A stretch of 59,146 nucleotides of DNA, the filler included, from Basidioascus undulatus (Eukaryota): assembly GCA_000826855.1 (NCBI GenBank). It is 4 parts of 4 records of this genome, joined end to end, with 100 filler letters (N's around TTAATTAATTAA, not from the genome) between each part and the next. Parts side by side here need not be neighbours in the genome. Positions count along the whole stretch, not along the records: positions 1 to 29,809 come from JTLS01000122.1; positions 29,910 to 39,594 come from JTLS01001220.1; 2 more parts are not named here. One strand, written 5' to 3'. Each line of letters begins with the position of its first letter. Positions within the stretch are counted from its first letter, which is position 1. Below, in pieces: positions 24,693-37,365 of this stretch. Under the pieces are notes generated by a model. That model was not told where the DNA came from. It saw only the letters and a program-made list of their open reading frames with translations, and did not search any database. The position numbers and the translations under genes were made by a program.

Positions 24693-26078
24693 ACCTTACC
24701 CTTCATCTAGAGATGCTCAACCGGGGTACTGTTTCATCCAAGTTTGCATTGGTTCAGTGAAACGTGGCTTAGATACCAACGAGGGTGCCGCTCGAAGATC
24801 TTGAGCGGCTCGCAAGTGCACGTCGGCATTCGCCATTATTGCGTTGGGGACCCGTTTCCATCAGGCCTATATCGACTAACTTTGTATTTCAAACAAATTC
24901 TAGGGGTTATAATCCCCATGTTACGGTATTTAAAGGAGTTCCAGCATTCCGACAAGCGGTGGCTGCATCACCCTGTGCAGGAACCAGAAAATGAGGAACT
25001 AGGAGCTGGGGAATCGTTATCCAGGACAAACACTGGGGATACACTTGCGGTTTCCACATCGTATGTTACTGGCTATTACCTGGAAGGCAGAAAGACAGTG
25101 CCGCGCACTCCCAGCCTAGCAGCGCGATGAGTGAGTGCACGGCGGTTGAGTTCGACGACGGTCGAGTCCGTTGAAGCTTTGGAGCGTCAATCCAAGTGCT
25201 GTCTATAACGCCCACTGAGAATATTTCCCACCATACCATAAAATTCCGTGAATCCTAGTACCTCGACACCATGGGAGTCTAAAGGTTGGGAAGTGGCTGA
25301 GGCACCTGAAGGCTCGTGGTTGACCTCCAAGAAAGATTGGGCTTTGGAACGCGCCGTCAACGACCCGGAGAATCTGTGTTAGTAGATGTTCAATAATAGA
25401 TATCCGCAGCGTAAAGAACGCCTTCCGAAGGTCCATAATCCTGAAGCTTCACCGCCGCCGCCGTGTCTCAAAGTGAGTGAGGGACGAGCCTCGCACAGAG
25501 ACAACAATATGCTTTCGCGTCCAAGAGCCGGGGCACGAACGATGGATCAATGCGCGAAGTCGGTCCAAACGATACAACGCCAACGGACAGAGCGGGAAAA
25601 TGACTACAAGGAGACGAGAAGGCCAGACATCAAGGCCAGCCGTGGGCGGGGAGGATAGGGACAAAGGAATAACGACCGACGAACGACTAGACTATCAACA
25701 AACGATAATGACGACAGCAAGAAGAATGAACAAGATAAGGTTTATGAAACGGACACGGACGGCGGTGAGATACGCGATAAGAACGCGAGATGCGGGTGGG
25801 GGCACGGATACCGAGCCTGAGGAGGGGGAGGGATGGAGGGGAAGGGGATGCGCAGAAGGGAGGAGGAAGAGGTTGGGGAATTGGGATGTGGGAATGAGTG
25901 CGAGGAGGTATGTATGTATTATGAAGGTGTGTCCCAAGAAGGAGCAGTGAGCGCGTCGTGTATGCGAGTCGTATGCGGTGGGTGGATGAAACAACAATGA
26001 ACGAAAACAAGAACTCGAGAGAGAAGAAAAGAAAGAAAAGAAACATTGCAGCAGCAGCCACCCAGCCTCGCCCACCGT

Positions 26079-26415
26079 TCAGCCCACCACGACCTTCACC
26101 CCCTCCCCCTCCTCCAGCAGCGCCTCCTTTTCCTTCCTCGGGCTCGTCTGGGGGCTGACCAACCCGCCTTCGCTCACCACAACGCCCTCGACCTTCCCCA
26201 ACCTGGCCCTCGCGACCTCCCTCTCGAGCGCCCTCCTGCGCGCGGCGCCCGCCTCCAGCTCCCGCAGCGCCCACCCCGCGAGCTCCTCGAACTTGGCGCG
26301 CTGCTCGTCGAGCCGCCGCTCGGCGCGTACGCGCCGCGCACGCTCGGCGTCGAGCGCGGCGCGGAGGGCGTCGGCCGAGGCGAGGAGGACGGCGAGCGTT
26401 TGGGAGGAGGGATTG
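26079..26415 (-). CDS. Orphan terminal exon encoding a coiled-coil segment; upstream exons not found
   Basis: GC-rich coding-like frame LRAALDAERARRVRAERRLDEQRAKFEELAGWALRELE..*, preceded by a pyrimidine tract and CAG acceptor at 26418-26416. Confidence 0.5.
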
Positions 26416-27960
26416 CTGGTGCACGGTTGAATGGGAGGGGGAAGAGGGACACTGAAATATTGGACTGTTGAGAGATTACGGCTACGACTATAGTCGAGCC
26501 AGAGATTGTCAGATTGATGCCTTCTTGTAACTTCACGAGTGTGCAACGTCGGTTTTTTGAAAGCTGATGGCCCGCGGGTCTCTGTAGAGTGCTAATTGAC
26601 CATGGCCTGAAGGTTGCCATCGACAAGCCAACTACCAGACTGTTATCTTCCAGTAGAACTTCAAAAAATCCTTTACACCTTACCTCCTTACCAACTACGC
26701 CGGATAATCTGAACCCGCAGGCGATCAAAACCTGTTGTTTTTTGGACAGAAAGGAACCGGCAGCGCAATATGATGTTTGACGACACACAGGACCGCCTCG
26801 CGAGCATAGGAACGCCGCGTCGAAATTCCACAACCTAGTGAATCGGAGGAGCTATCGAGGTTTTGACATTGTGGGGACAGGTGCGAAGGGTCAGTGGGTG
26901 TGGGTGATCGAGAAAGTGGCATGAGGATGGTGGGAAGTGTACATGCGCAAGGGTACTTTGCGCTGCCGGCAAGGTTCGTTTCTCCCTCTATCACTCGTTC
27001 AACGAAAGGAGAATTCTCGCAACGCCGGAGGGGATGGGATGGGACAGACGCTCGATATCGATGGAGGGTACTTGCTGGTGCATGGCTGAGGAAGGGAGAA
27101 GGAAGGAGGAGCAAAGAACAGTTTGTTATTGGGACAACGAACTGAAAATACAGCTGCGACCTACTGCGGCCCATATTAATGACTTCCTGAGACTTCATGT
27201 TGGAGCGATGCGCGGTGCGATGAAGGGTTGAGAAACTGCTGGCCGGTGGCCGGTGAGGAAGAAGGCGAATCCGCGCCAAGATTGTAAATGGGCAAACCTA
27301 TGAGCTTTTCTGGAGTAATCTGACGACAGAACAAGATAGCTGCCACGCGGATTCCACTCACTTTCTCCTCAGGTTCCCTTCCAGGGTCAGGGAAAATTTG
27401 CGCTATCCCTGGAGGCAGGATCTTCGCCGCAAGCTTAAGTTTACTATACCAATAACTTTTTTTTTAGTTTTTAGACAATTGTGACAACGAAGAGGATGTC
27501 CAAGGTTGTCAGGAACTCCAACTTGACGACGATCAACAGTGCGATGAGCGGTTGAAAATCTGCGATACATGTAGCAGCAGGTGATCGTTGCGGGTAGTTT
27601 GAACCTCACAGTCGAAGGGCCCTTCGTGTTGTCCCGACTGTAATAGAGAACTATCCTTCATGAGAACGCCAGTTTAACGAGATTCAGGAGCGCAGGAACG
27701 GCTGAAGATATGTGCTGCACTTGACGGCATATGATCCACGCGGAAAGCCTGAACCGGCCAGCCGCAGATATTTTGGGTGGTTATAACCTTCTTAAGCAGC
27801 GGCAAACCAAGGAAGCTTTTCTTAGAAGGGCGAGTCGACACTGAAGGCGTGCCATGGCCTGTCCGTCCCAGAGCCAGCAGGCTCTCTTGATCACTTACCA
27901 CAATATCGACCTCTCCCCATTTTCCTCACATTCCTTTGGCGCTTCGAACTCGGCCGCACC

Positions 27961-28599
27961 ATGACCAAATCTGGATCACGTCATACTAAAGAGCCTTCTC
28001 TGATCGTCTGGCGCATCGCGCAGGGCGCGTCCTTCTCGATGTACGACATCTCGACCGGCTGGTCTTCACGGTCCATCGCTCTCCTCCACCTTCATAATCA
28101 GCATCTGCTCATCCTACTCGGTGTCGTTTATATTGATCAGTACTTCGAGCACTTCACTGGCGAGCTCAGGGATCTGCATCCTCCTGGCAACAAAGGAGCG
28201 CCCGTCGATGCTTTATCGCATGAAGCGCAAGGCTGAGCTGGTGCTGACTGAGAATTAAGGGGTCAGCAAGGTACATCCTAGTCCAAAACTCATCTTTCCG
28301 GCAGTGCTTATTTCGATATTCCCAGATTTACGCCCTTCGGCGTAACTGCGTCGAGGGAGGACTGACCTTCTTCGGCCTTACGGGAATGACCAACGTGCAT
28401 CGCCCCACTCCCCCGGTGACGTCTCATCGGGCTTCCTGACCGCTTCTGATCTCAGTCCGATATCGTGCGAGTCGAGAAGCTCGACCCCGCCGTCATACAA
28501 GATATCGAAAAATCACCCAGCCGACCGCTGCGCACGCTCTTCCGTGAAGTGACGTTCACCGCCGTATATAAGCTTCGCGCATTAGAAGACGACGTTTAG
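27961..28599 (+). other. Possible small multi-exon gene or remnant of unknown family
   Basis: Successive intron-like elements (GTACAT..CCCAG, GTGCAT..CTGATCTCAG) separate short open segments (IYALRRNCVEGGLTFFGLTGMTN|SDIVRVEKLDPAVIQDIEK..*). I could not build a clean full model. Confidence 0.3.
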
Positions 28600-29246
28600 A
28601 CCTACATTACTTGTCCATTGAATGCAATCAGGTCAGGATACCTAAAGTATCCCCTCATTCTGAACTGAACCTTTTTAAGACCCACAATAAAAATGCTGAT
28701 ACACGAGTACGCCGGGTGGTAAATGCGCGTCGATCTTATTACGGGATGTTTCCAAAGACACCGCTTGTACTCCCTACGTAGCGACAGCACTTCAGTATCA
28801 AAAAGGCAAGTATTTAGTGCATGTCGCCTGTATATCCAAAGGCAACCCGTCCCATTCTCGAGCAACATCTGTTTGCGCCGCGACAGTCCGAGAGACGGCA
28901 GAGCATGTGGGTCTGTAGCCCGCAGTCAGAAGGACAATCTATATAGTCCACGGCGGATTTCGTTTATTCAACCCCGTTAAACTTAGACTGCATAGCGACC
29001 AACGACTCAGCCGCAGCTGAAAATACTCACCTGCACTGCGGTTGAGTTGCCCCTTATCGCCCCTCGAACCTGACGTCAACTCTCCATCCCGCAATGTCGT
29101 ATCAGCGTCCGCTTCCGCCTTGGTTCTTGGAGATTCCGATGTCGAGCTCGGTGCGCCTTTTGCCCCTTCACTGCACTCACCCTGCTCGCACACCTCATTT
29201 TTACCATTGAAATTCTCATTGCCAACCATCGAGACTCACTGCCGAT

Positions 29247-29759
29247 ATGGTTGACCGGCACGAGCACCCGCACCACCCGCACCTTCACGCGCACAGCGTT
29301 CCGTGCGCCCCTCCCTCCCCATCTCCCTCCCCATCTCCCCCCTCTCACTAACCCCTCCCTAGTACCCCCGCCCTCCTCATCTCCGCCGCCTCCGCGCGCA
29401 CGGGCGGCGGGTCCACCGAGTCCGCGCACCTTCACTCGCCCTCGCACGCCGCGCACGCGCACGCGCTCGAGGAGTGGGGGCAGAAGTCGGCTGCGGAGCT
29501 CGCGTGCGGGGAGGTGGACGTGAAGTTGGAAGGGAGGAGGAAGGAGGTGCTTGAGGGGGTGCTGGAGCTGTTTGGGAGTAACCCCAGGAGGGAGACGTTT
29601 GAGAGGGATTGGAGGGAGGACGCGGTCTTTGAGGATCCGTTGATCTGGTGCAGGGGGTGCGTCGACTCTCCAAACCCCTCTCACCATATATAGCCTGGCG
29701 GACGATCACTCATCCAACGCTCTTTCCGGATACGCAGGTACAAAGAATACGCCCACCAG
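29247..29759 (+). CDS. Fungal SnoaL/NTF2-like protein, 5' part only
   Basis: Spliced MVDRHEHPHHPHLHAHSVP|TPALLIS..RKEVLEGVLELFGSNPRRETFERDWREDAVFEDPLIWCRG|YKEYAHQ. WxxDAxFEDP is typical of this fold. The gene runs out near the contig end. Confidence 0.65.
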
Positions 29760-29809
29760 CACGTCTTCATGAACGACAGACCAGACTTGTCAGCATTTGT
29801 CCCAAGAAG

Positions 29810-29909
29810 NNNNNNNNNNNNNNNNNNNNNNNNNNNNNNNNNNNNNNNNNNNNTTAATTAATTAANNNNNNNNNNNNNNNNNNNNNNNNNNNNNNNNNNN
29901 NNNNNNNNN
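29810..29909. other. Artificial contig linker (N44-TTAATTAATTAA-N44)
   Basis: 100-nt N run with a central six-frame-stop sequence. Confidence 0.98.
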
Positions 29910-32900
29910 GAGCGTGACCGAGTAGAGCGAGAGAAGCTTGACCAGGCTGTGGACCGTCCGGCCGTTCTTCAGGTCGCCCACGAGCGTGATCGTCAGGCCG
30001 TTGACAGTGCCGAGCTCCTCGCTGCAAGGGATAACAAGATCAGCAACGGCGACCCACGATAAAGCTGTCTAATATGCACCGAATCGTAAAGACGTCGAGG
30101 AACGCCTGCGTCGGATGCTCGCCGATACCGTCGCCGGCGTTGATGATCGGCACGGGCGAGAACTTGGCCGCGGTCTGCGCAGAGCCCGCAGCAGGGTGAC
30201 GCATGACGACCGCGTCACCGTAGCAGCCGAGGGTGCGGATCGTGTCCGCGAGGCTCTCGCCCTTGAGGACAGACGACCGGTCGACAGGGATGTTGACGAC
30301 CTCACCACCGCAGCGCTTCATCGCGGCGTCAAAGGACGACGAGGTGCGCGTAGACGGCTCGAAGAAGATCGAGCAAAGGACGCGGCCGCGGAGGATGTCG
30401 AGCGTGCCGTGGCGCTCGACCTGCACGCGCATTTCGCTCGCGACGCTGAAGAGCGTGTGGAGATCATCGCGCGTGAACTGCTTGACGGAGAGGATGTGGC
30501 GGCGGCGGAAGGCGGGGTGGGAGACGAGGGATGAGAGACGGGGAATATCGGCGCGCGGGGCAGACAGAGCCATGAGGCTCGGGCCCTCCGCTGCCGTTTT
30601 GATGGTAGGGGAACGGATGCCGGGAGGAGGGGAGATGGGGCCGGGCAGGACGACCGAGGTGGACGGGCGGGGGATCTGGGAGAAGGAAACGCGGGAGTTC
30701 TTGCGACCGAGGCGGACCGGCGCGGCAACGGTCAGGTCACGACCGCTGGGTTTGGCGACGGCCTTGCCGTCGAGCTGAACGGTCTTGCCGTATAGGACGA
30801 CGCGGTGGATTGCGCCGGTAACCGGCTTGCCCTCCAGCGGTGACCAGACGCCAGCCGGGGCGCGGAAGACGGACTGGCGGTCGACCTCAACCTCGACGTA
30901 AGTCTGCGCCTGGTCGGGGATGTCGAAGATCTCCTTCGGCGCGTCGTAGAGGCGGGCGGTGAGGCCCTCGAGGGTGAGGCGACCGTCGCTGACCGCGGAG
31001 AGAAGGAGGTGCATCGTCTCGGCGACGCCCGTCGCGGCGGAGGCCTCCTTGCCCAAGGCCTTGGCAAGCTGGTACGGCGTCGAGCCGACGGAGAACATGT
31101 CGATCGACTCCAGGTTCTCCCACAACGCCTTCTGGTCGTCGGCGGTCGGGAGGAAGGCGGCGTCGGGGTACTGCTCTCGCGTGAAGAAGAGCGAGTAGAC
31201 CGCGACGTCGCAGGTGACGCGCAGGTCCTTCGCCTTGGACAGCGCGATGAGGCCGATGTCGTCCCGGCTGCTGACGTCTGCGACGTGGATCGAGCGGCCG
31301 TGCAGGCTGGCGAGGAGGAGGATGGAAGCGAGGTCGGTCGAGCGCGCGTCCGTCACGATGGGCTTGCGCGACGGCCACGAGCCGAAGTGCGAGGCGACCG
31401 CTGCGACCTTGTTGACGTTGCCATTGAGCTTGTTGAAGGGGATGAAGAGCGACTGGACGTCGTCGACTACAACGTCGAGCTTCGTCGCGTTGTCCGCCGT
31501 GGCAGCGACCGAGAGGACGTAGTCGGTGTGCGCGGCAGCGGCATTCGCGCCCGCGTCCGCGAGCGTCTCTTCGCTGTCGATGCCGACAGGCACGATCTGC
31601 GCGACCGTGAAGCCGCCCGCGAGAGCCGCGCGGGTAGCCTCCTCAACCGCAGACGAGCCGCGCTCGGCGACGCCGGGCGCGTACGCCTGGACGCTGATCA
31701 GACCAGGGAGAGTGAGGCTGCGGTGCGACGTCTTGAAGTCGACGGTGTTGATCTCGAGCGTCGGCCGGCGGGCGAGCGCCTCGATGAGCAGCTTCGCGCA
31801 CTTGACGTTGGTGACGAGCGGGATCGCGTAGTCGACGGCCATGCGGCGGGACTGGTAGCCCTTGCTCATGTAGCTCGCCGGGCGGCGGTAGCGGTTCTTG
31901 GACGGCAACTGCGCACGAAAACAGATTAGTACAGCGATATTGCGACGTGCCGGGTGAGGGCGAGGAAGGCGGCATACGTTAACGTAGAGGTCGATAAGGT
32001 TGTTCGCAAGGTGCTGCGTGAGCGAGTACTCCGACTTCTGCTTGTCGGCCTCCTCCGATTCGGGAAGAGCCTCGAGGTACTGCGAACAGGAAAAAAGTTC
32101 AGCGATGTCACGCGCGATCTAGAAGAATGAGCAAATGCGCACCTTGACCGGGACGCCGTGCTCCTGGATGAAGTCGGCCGTACCGGACGTCGCGAAGATA
32201 TTGTAGCCGAGACGGTGGAGCTTTCGGATCGCCGGCAGCATTTCCATCTTCTCCTTGTAAGAACCAATGGAGAAGAGGACGTTCTTCTTCGGCAGAGCCA
32301 TGCCGGTCGCGATGTGCGCCTTAAGGTACGCCTCGTACTTGTCCTTGCCGAAGCACGCGACCTCGCCGGTCGACGCCATCTCGACGCCGAGGACGGGGTC
32401 CGCGCCCGAGAGACGGCTGAAGGAGAACTGCGGGACCTTGACGCCGACGTAGTTCTCGGGGAGGTTGAACTGCGGGTACGGCTGCACGGGGAAGCCCATC
32501 ATCGCGTTCGTCGCCAGCTCGATAGCGTCGACGCCGGTGACCTTGGAGACGAAGGGGAACGAGCGTGCGGCGCGGAGGTTGCACTCGATGACCTTGACTG
32601 GAAGCCAGCATCGATGGGTCAGCAAAAGTACAGCGGGAGAACAAGCCAGCCGCGCGACTCACTCTCGTTGTTCTTGGCGATGAACTGGATGTTGTACGGG
32701 CCCGTGACGTTGAGCGCCTCGCCAATCTTCGCGGTCGCCTCGACGATGCGGCGGACGGTCTCGGGGTCGAGGTCCTGGGGCGGGAGGACGAGCGTCGCGT
32801 CACCGGAGTGGACGCCGGCGTTCTCGATGTGCTCGGAGATGTAGTGCATCACCATCTTGCCGTCGAGCGCCACCGCGTCCATCTCGATTTCCTTCGCCTC

Positions 32901-35900
32901 CTCGATGAACTTCGAGATGACGACAGGGTGGTCGCGCGAGACGGCGGTCGCCTGCGTGAGGTAGTTGTTGAGGTCGTCGGCGGAGTAGACGACGTTCATC
33001 GCCGCGCCCGAGAGGACGTAGGACGGGCGGACAAGGACGGGGAAGCCGACGGCCGTGCAGAACTTGAACGCCTCATCGAAGCTCGTGAGCTCCTTCCACA
33101 GCGGCTGGTCGACGCCGATCTTGTCGAGCATGCGCGAGAACTTGAAGCGGTTCTCGGCAGTGTCAATCATTTCCGGCGAGGTGCCGAAGATCTTGACGTT
33201 CTGGCGGTGGAGGTGCAGGGCGATGTTGTTCGGCGTCTGGCCACCCATGGAGAGGATGACACCACTTGAGCGCTCGGCATCGTAGATGTCGAGGACGGTC
33301 TCGAGGCTGATGTTCTCGAAGTACAGGCGGTCCGCTTCGTCGTAGTCGGTCGAGACGGTCTCGGCTGGAAGGGGGAGAAAGGCAGGGTGAGCTTCACATT
33401 CTTGATACTCGCAGCATTGAAAGGCGCCGAGACGCACGGTTGTAGTTGATCATGACCGTCTAAAGGATAAGGGCAGGTCAGACTCGGCGCTATCTCTCGC
33501 ACGATAGTGTAAGAAAGACCCACCTTGACGCCCTGGCCACGAAGCGTGCGGATAGCGCGGACAGCGCACCAGTCGAATTCGACCGACGAGCCGATGCGGT
33601 AGACGCCGGAGCCAAGGACGATGACGCCCTTGTCCTCGAAGTCGACGTCGGACTCGGTCGCGTTGTACGTCGTGTAGAGGTAGTTGGTGAACGCGGGGAA
33701 CTCGGCGGCCACGGTGTCGATCTGCTTAACGTGCGGCGCGATCGCGGACTCGAGGCGGAGCCGGCGGACGGCGAGCTCGTTCGAGCCGAGGAAGCGCGCG
33801 AGCTGGCGGTCCGAGAAGCCAAGCTGCTTCGACTGACGCAGGAGTGCAGGCGTGATGGTCGACGCAGTATGCTTCCTGTTGACGGCAGGACAATGGTGAG
33901 AAAGCTGAAAGAACAAGTAACGCAGCGATATACGCACGAGACGATCTGCTCCTGGCGGACGAGGTTCGCCAGGCGGTTGAGGAACCACTTGTCGATGTTG
34001 CTCATCGACCAGATCTTCTCGATCGAGTAGCCGCGGACAAGCGCGTTGGCGATGGCGAAGACGCGCTTGTCGGTCGGATTGCGGAGCTCCTCGTCGATCT
34101 CGGCCTCGGTGACGACGTAGTCGTTCTACGAAGCAAAAGGATGTCGAGTTCAGCTTTGCCTCTCCATCAATAACATCCGAGAAGAAACGAAGACGTACAG
34201 TGCCGAAGCCCGCAAACTGGTCATCGATGCAGCGGATCGCCTTTTGGATGGTCTCCTCGAACGACCGGCCGATGGCCATGACCTCGCCGACGGACTTCAT
34301 GCTCGAGCTGAGCGCGGTGCTGACGCGGTTGAACTTCTTGAGGTCCCAGCGGGGGATCTTGACAACGCAATCTGTGGGTCGAACGCAGATGATCAGCAAC
34401 CGACTAAGGAGGAAACTATTCTGCCAGCAACAGCAAGTGAAGACGCACAGTCGAGCGAGGGCTCGAAGCAGGCGGTGGTCGAGCGCGTGACGGAGTTGCG
34501 GATCTCGTTGAGCGGGATGTTGAGGCCGAGCTTGGCCGCGGTGTACGCGAGCGGGTAGCCGGTCGCCTTGGACGCGAGGGCGGACGAGCGCGAGAGACGC
34601 GCGTTGACCTCGATGATGCAGTACTCCTTCGACTCCGGGTTGAGCGCGTACTGGATGTTACACTCGCCGACGACGCCGAGGTGCCGAATCACATTCACCG
34701 CCGTCGTGCGCAGCATGTTGTAGTCCGCGTCCGAGAGCGTCTGCGACGGCGCGACGACGATCGAGTCACCGGTGTGGATGCCGAGCGGGTCGAAGTTCTG
34801 AGTCCCGCCAACACGCCAAGCATCAGCACCCCATTCTTCCTTCAGAAACCGAAAGGGAAAAAGAACGCACCTCCATGTTGCAGACCGTGATGCAGTTGTC
34901 GCGGCAGTCACGGACGACCTCGTACTCGATCTCCTTCCAGCCCTTCATGCTCTTCTCGATGAGGACCTGCGGGCTGGTCGCGAACGCCTTGTTGCAGAGC
35001 GCGATGAGGCTCTCCTCGTCGGTCGCGAAGCCGGAGCCGAGACCGCCGAGCGTGTACGCCGCGCGGGCGATGACGGGGTAGCCGATGTCCTTGGCGGCAG
35101 CGAGGGCCTCCTCGAGCGTCGTGGCCGACGCGGAGGGCGCGCAGCGCTCGCCGATCTCCTCCATCGCGCGCGCGAAAAGCTCGCGGTCCTCGGTCGTCTC
35201 GATCGTCGAGATGGGGGTACCGAGGACCTTGACGCCCAGGCTCTCGAACTCGTCCTTGAGCTTGATACCGCAGTTGAGCGCTGTCTGCCCGCCGAACGTG
35301 ACGTAGATGCCGTCGGGGCGCTCGTGCTTGATGATCTTGCGGACGAAGTCGGGGTTGACGGGGAGGAAGTACACCTTGTCCGCGAGGCCGGTCGAGGTCT
35401 GGATCGTCGCGATGTTGGGCTGTGAGGGAGGCATGCAGTGTCAGCGCGACGCTCAACCAACACGGAACCCAGAGCCAGCAATCCGATACGCACGTTGACG
35501 AGGACGGTGTAGATGCCCTCCTGTTTCAGCGCCTTGATCGCCTGCGAGCCCGAGTAGTCGAACTCGCCGGCCTGGCCGATAGAGAGACCGCCCGAGCCGA
35601 GGACGAGGACCTTCTTGACGTCGGCGCGCGGGTGCTTAGCAGCGTTCTCCGCGGCCGTGCCGCCGGGCATGACGATCGGCTTCTTGATGCCGGTCGCGGC
35701 GAAGTCGACGACGGACTGAAGGAAGACGTCGAAGAGGAACTCGGTGTCGCGCGGGCCGGGGGCGGACTCGGGGTGGAACTGCACGGAGAAGACGGGGCGG
35801 TCGACAGCGTACGTGCCCTCGTTCGAGCCGTCGTTGGCGTTAACGAAGAGCTCCTTGAAGCCGACGGGGAGGCTCGCGGCATCGACGGCGTACCCGTGGT

Positions 35901-37227
35901 TCTGCGACGTGATGTAGCACCGGCCGGACTGCATGTCCGTGCACGGGATGTTGTGCCCGCGGTTGCCGTACTTCATCTTGACCGTCTTGGCGCCCGCCGC
36001 GAGCGAGAGCAGCTGGTGCCCGAGACAAATACCGAAGATGGGCGTGTCCGCGCGCTCGATCGCGCCGCGCAGGCGATCGATCGTCGGGCCGACGTTCGTC
36101 GGGTCGCCGGGGCCGTTGGAGACGAAGAGGCCGTCGAACGGCTCCTTCTCCGCGAGGAAGTCGTAGTCCCATGGGACGAGCTTGACCTCGACACCGCGCG
36201 AGGTGAAGCACCGGATCTGGTTGTACTTGATGCCGACGTCGAGCGCAAGGATGCGCACCGGGCGGTCCGCCTTGGGATGCTTGAGCGTGGCCGAGGTGGG
36301 AGGGAAGACGCGCGTGCGCTTGGTCGAGACGACCGCGACGAGGTTCTCGGAGTTATGGTCGGCGAAAGGGACTTCGTTGAAGGCGGCGCGCCACGCGTCG
36401 GGCCCGCTCGTGACCTCTAGGAGGCGGGGAACGTCCGCGTCGGACTTGCGCGCTAGGACGCGGCCGAGCATGACACCCTTCTCGCGGATCTTCTTGGTGA
36501 GCGCGCGGGTGTCGACGCCGTAGATCGCGGGGACGCCCTGCTCCTCGAGCCACTTGCCAAGGGACGAGTTGGCGAGGTAGTGCGAGTAGTCGGGCGCGTA
36601 GGTCGACACGACGACGGCCGCGACGTGAATCCGGGAGGACTCGAAGTCGGCGGGAAGCGCGAAGAGCTCCTCGACCGACTCGGGCTTGTGCTCCGGCCGC
36701 TCGGGGACGCCGTAGTTGCCGACGAGCGGGTAGGTGATGACGATGATCTGGCCCTCATACGACGGGTCGGTCAGAGACTCGGGGTAGCCAACCATGCCTG
36801 CAGGGGAAGGAGCTCATCAGCCTCTATTTTTTCGGTGTGCCTGCCCCTTCGCCTCGCCGTCTCCTATCCCTGTACGGCTTCCCAGTTCCTTCACCCCGAA
36901 GTGCCTAGAGGCAGACTTACCCGTCTGGAAAACACACTCTCCGCTAACACTCTTGCCCTTAGCACCGAATCCGACACCAAAGCAGGCGGTACCATCCTCC
37001 AGCTCGAGGACGGTGTCGACCGAAGCCTCCTCGCCAGCAGGCTGGGCGGTCGCGGGCGGGCAGGGACCGGGGACGATGGAGTTGCTGCGCGCGGGGCTGC
37101 CGTCGCGCGGGTGGAGGGGACGAGTCTGGCTCGAGGTCGTAAGAGAGTCCTGGGTGGCAGGCTCGGAGGGGGCGAGACTGGTGACCTCGGAGGGAGGCGC
37201 TGGGGCGGGGATGTTAAAGGCAGACAT
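29910..37227 (-). CDS. URA2: Multifunctional pyrimidine synthesis protein (GATase-CPSase-pseudoDHOase-ATCase), 3'-truncated by the contig end
   Basis: [32 protein letters not shown] and VQFHPE (GATase triad); [63 protein letters not shown] and HPTQAFLD (ATCase). Confidence 0.97.
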
Positions 37228-37283
37228 GGTCGTTACGGTCAGAGTCGAGAGGGAGTAGAAGAGGAGTGAAAACGGAAGAAAAG

Positions 37284-37365
37284 CTGGAGGAGGGCCGTGG
37301 GACAGAGGGTGAGATCGGGCCCGATGGCAAACGAGAAGATGCTCAGCGATGGCCAGTCAGCTTAC
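37284..37365 (-). promoter_or_regulatory. Putative 5'-UTR intron of URA2
   Basis: Minus strand GTAAGC donor at 37365, CTCAC branch-like site and pyrimidine tract, CAG acceptor ending at 37284, about 57 nt upstream of the ATG. Confidence 0.45.

Noticed and set aside
27403..27609. Cys-containing minus-strand ORF vaguely like a GATA zinc finger
   Set aside because: The first CxxC and conserved core residues are missing; not supportable.
30115..36523. Many long plus-strand ORFs opposite URA2, and similar ones opposite SNU66 and PIK1
   Set aside because: They are antisense shadows of GC3-rich coding sequence with no recognisable domains.
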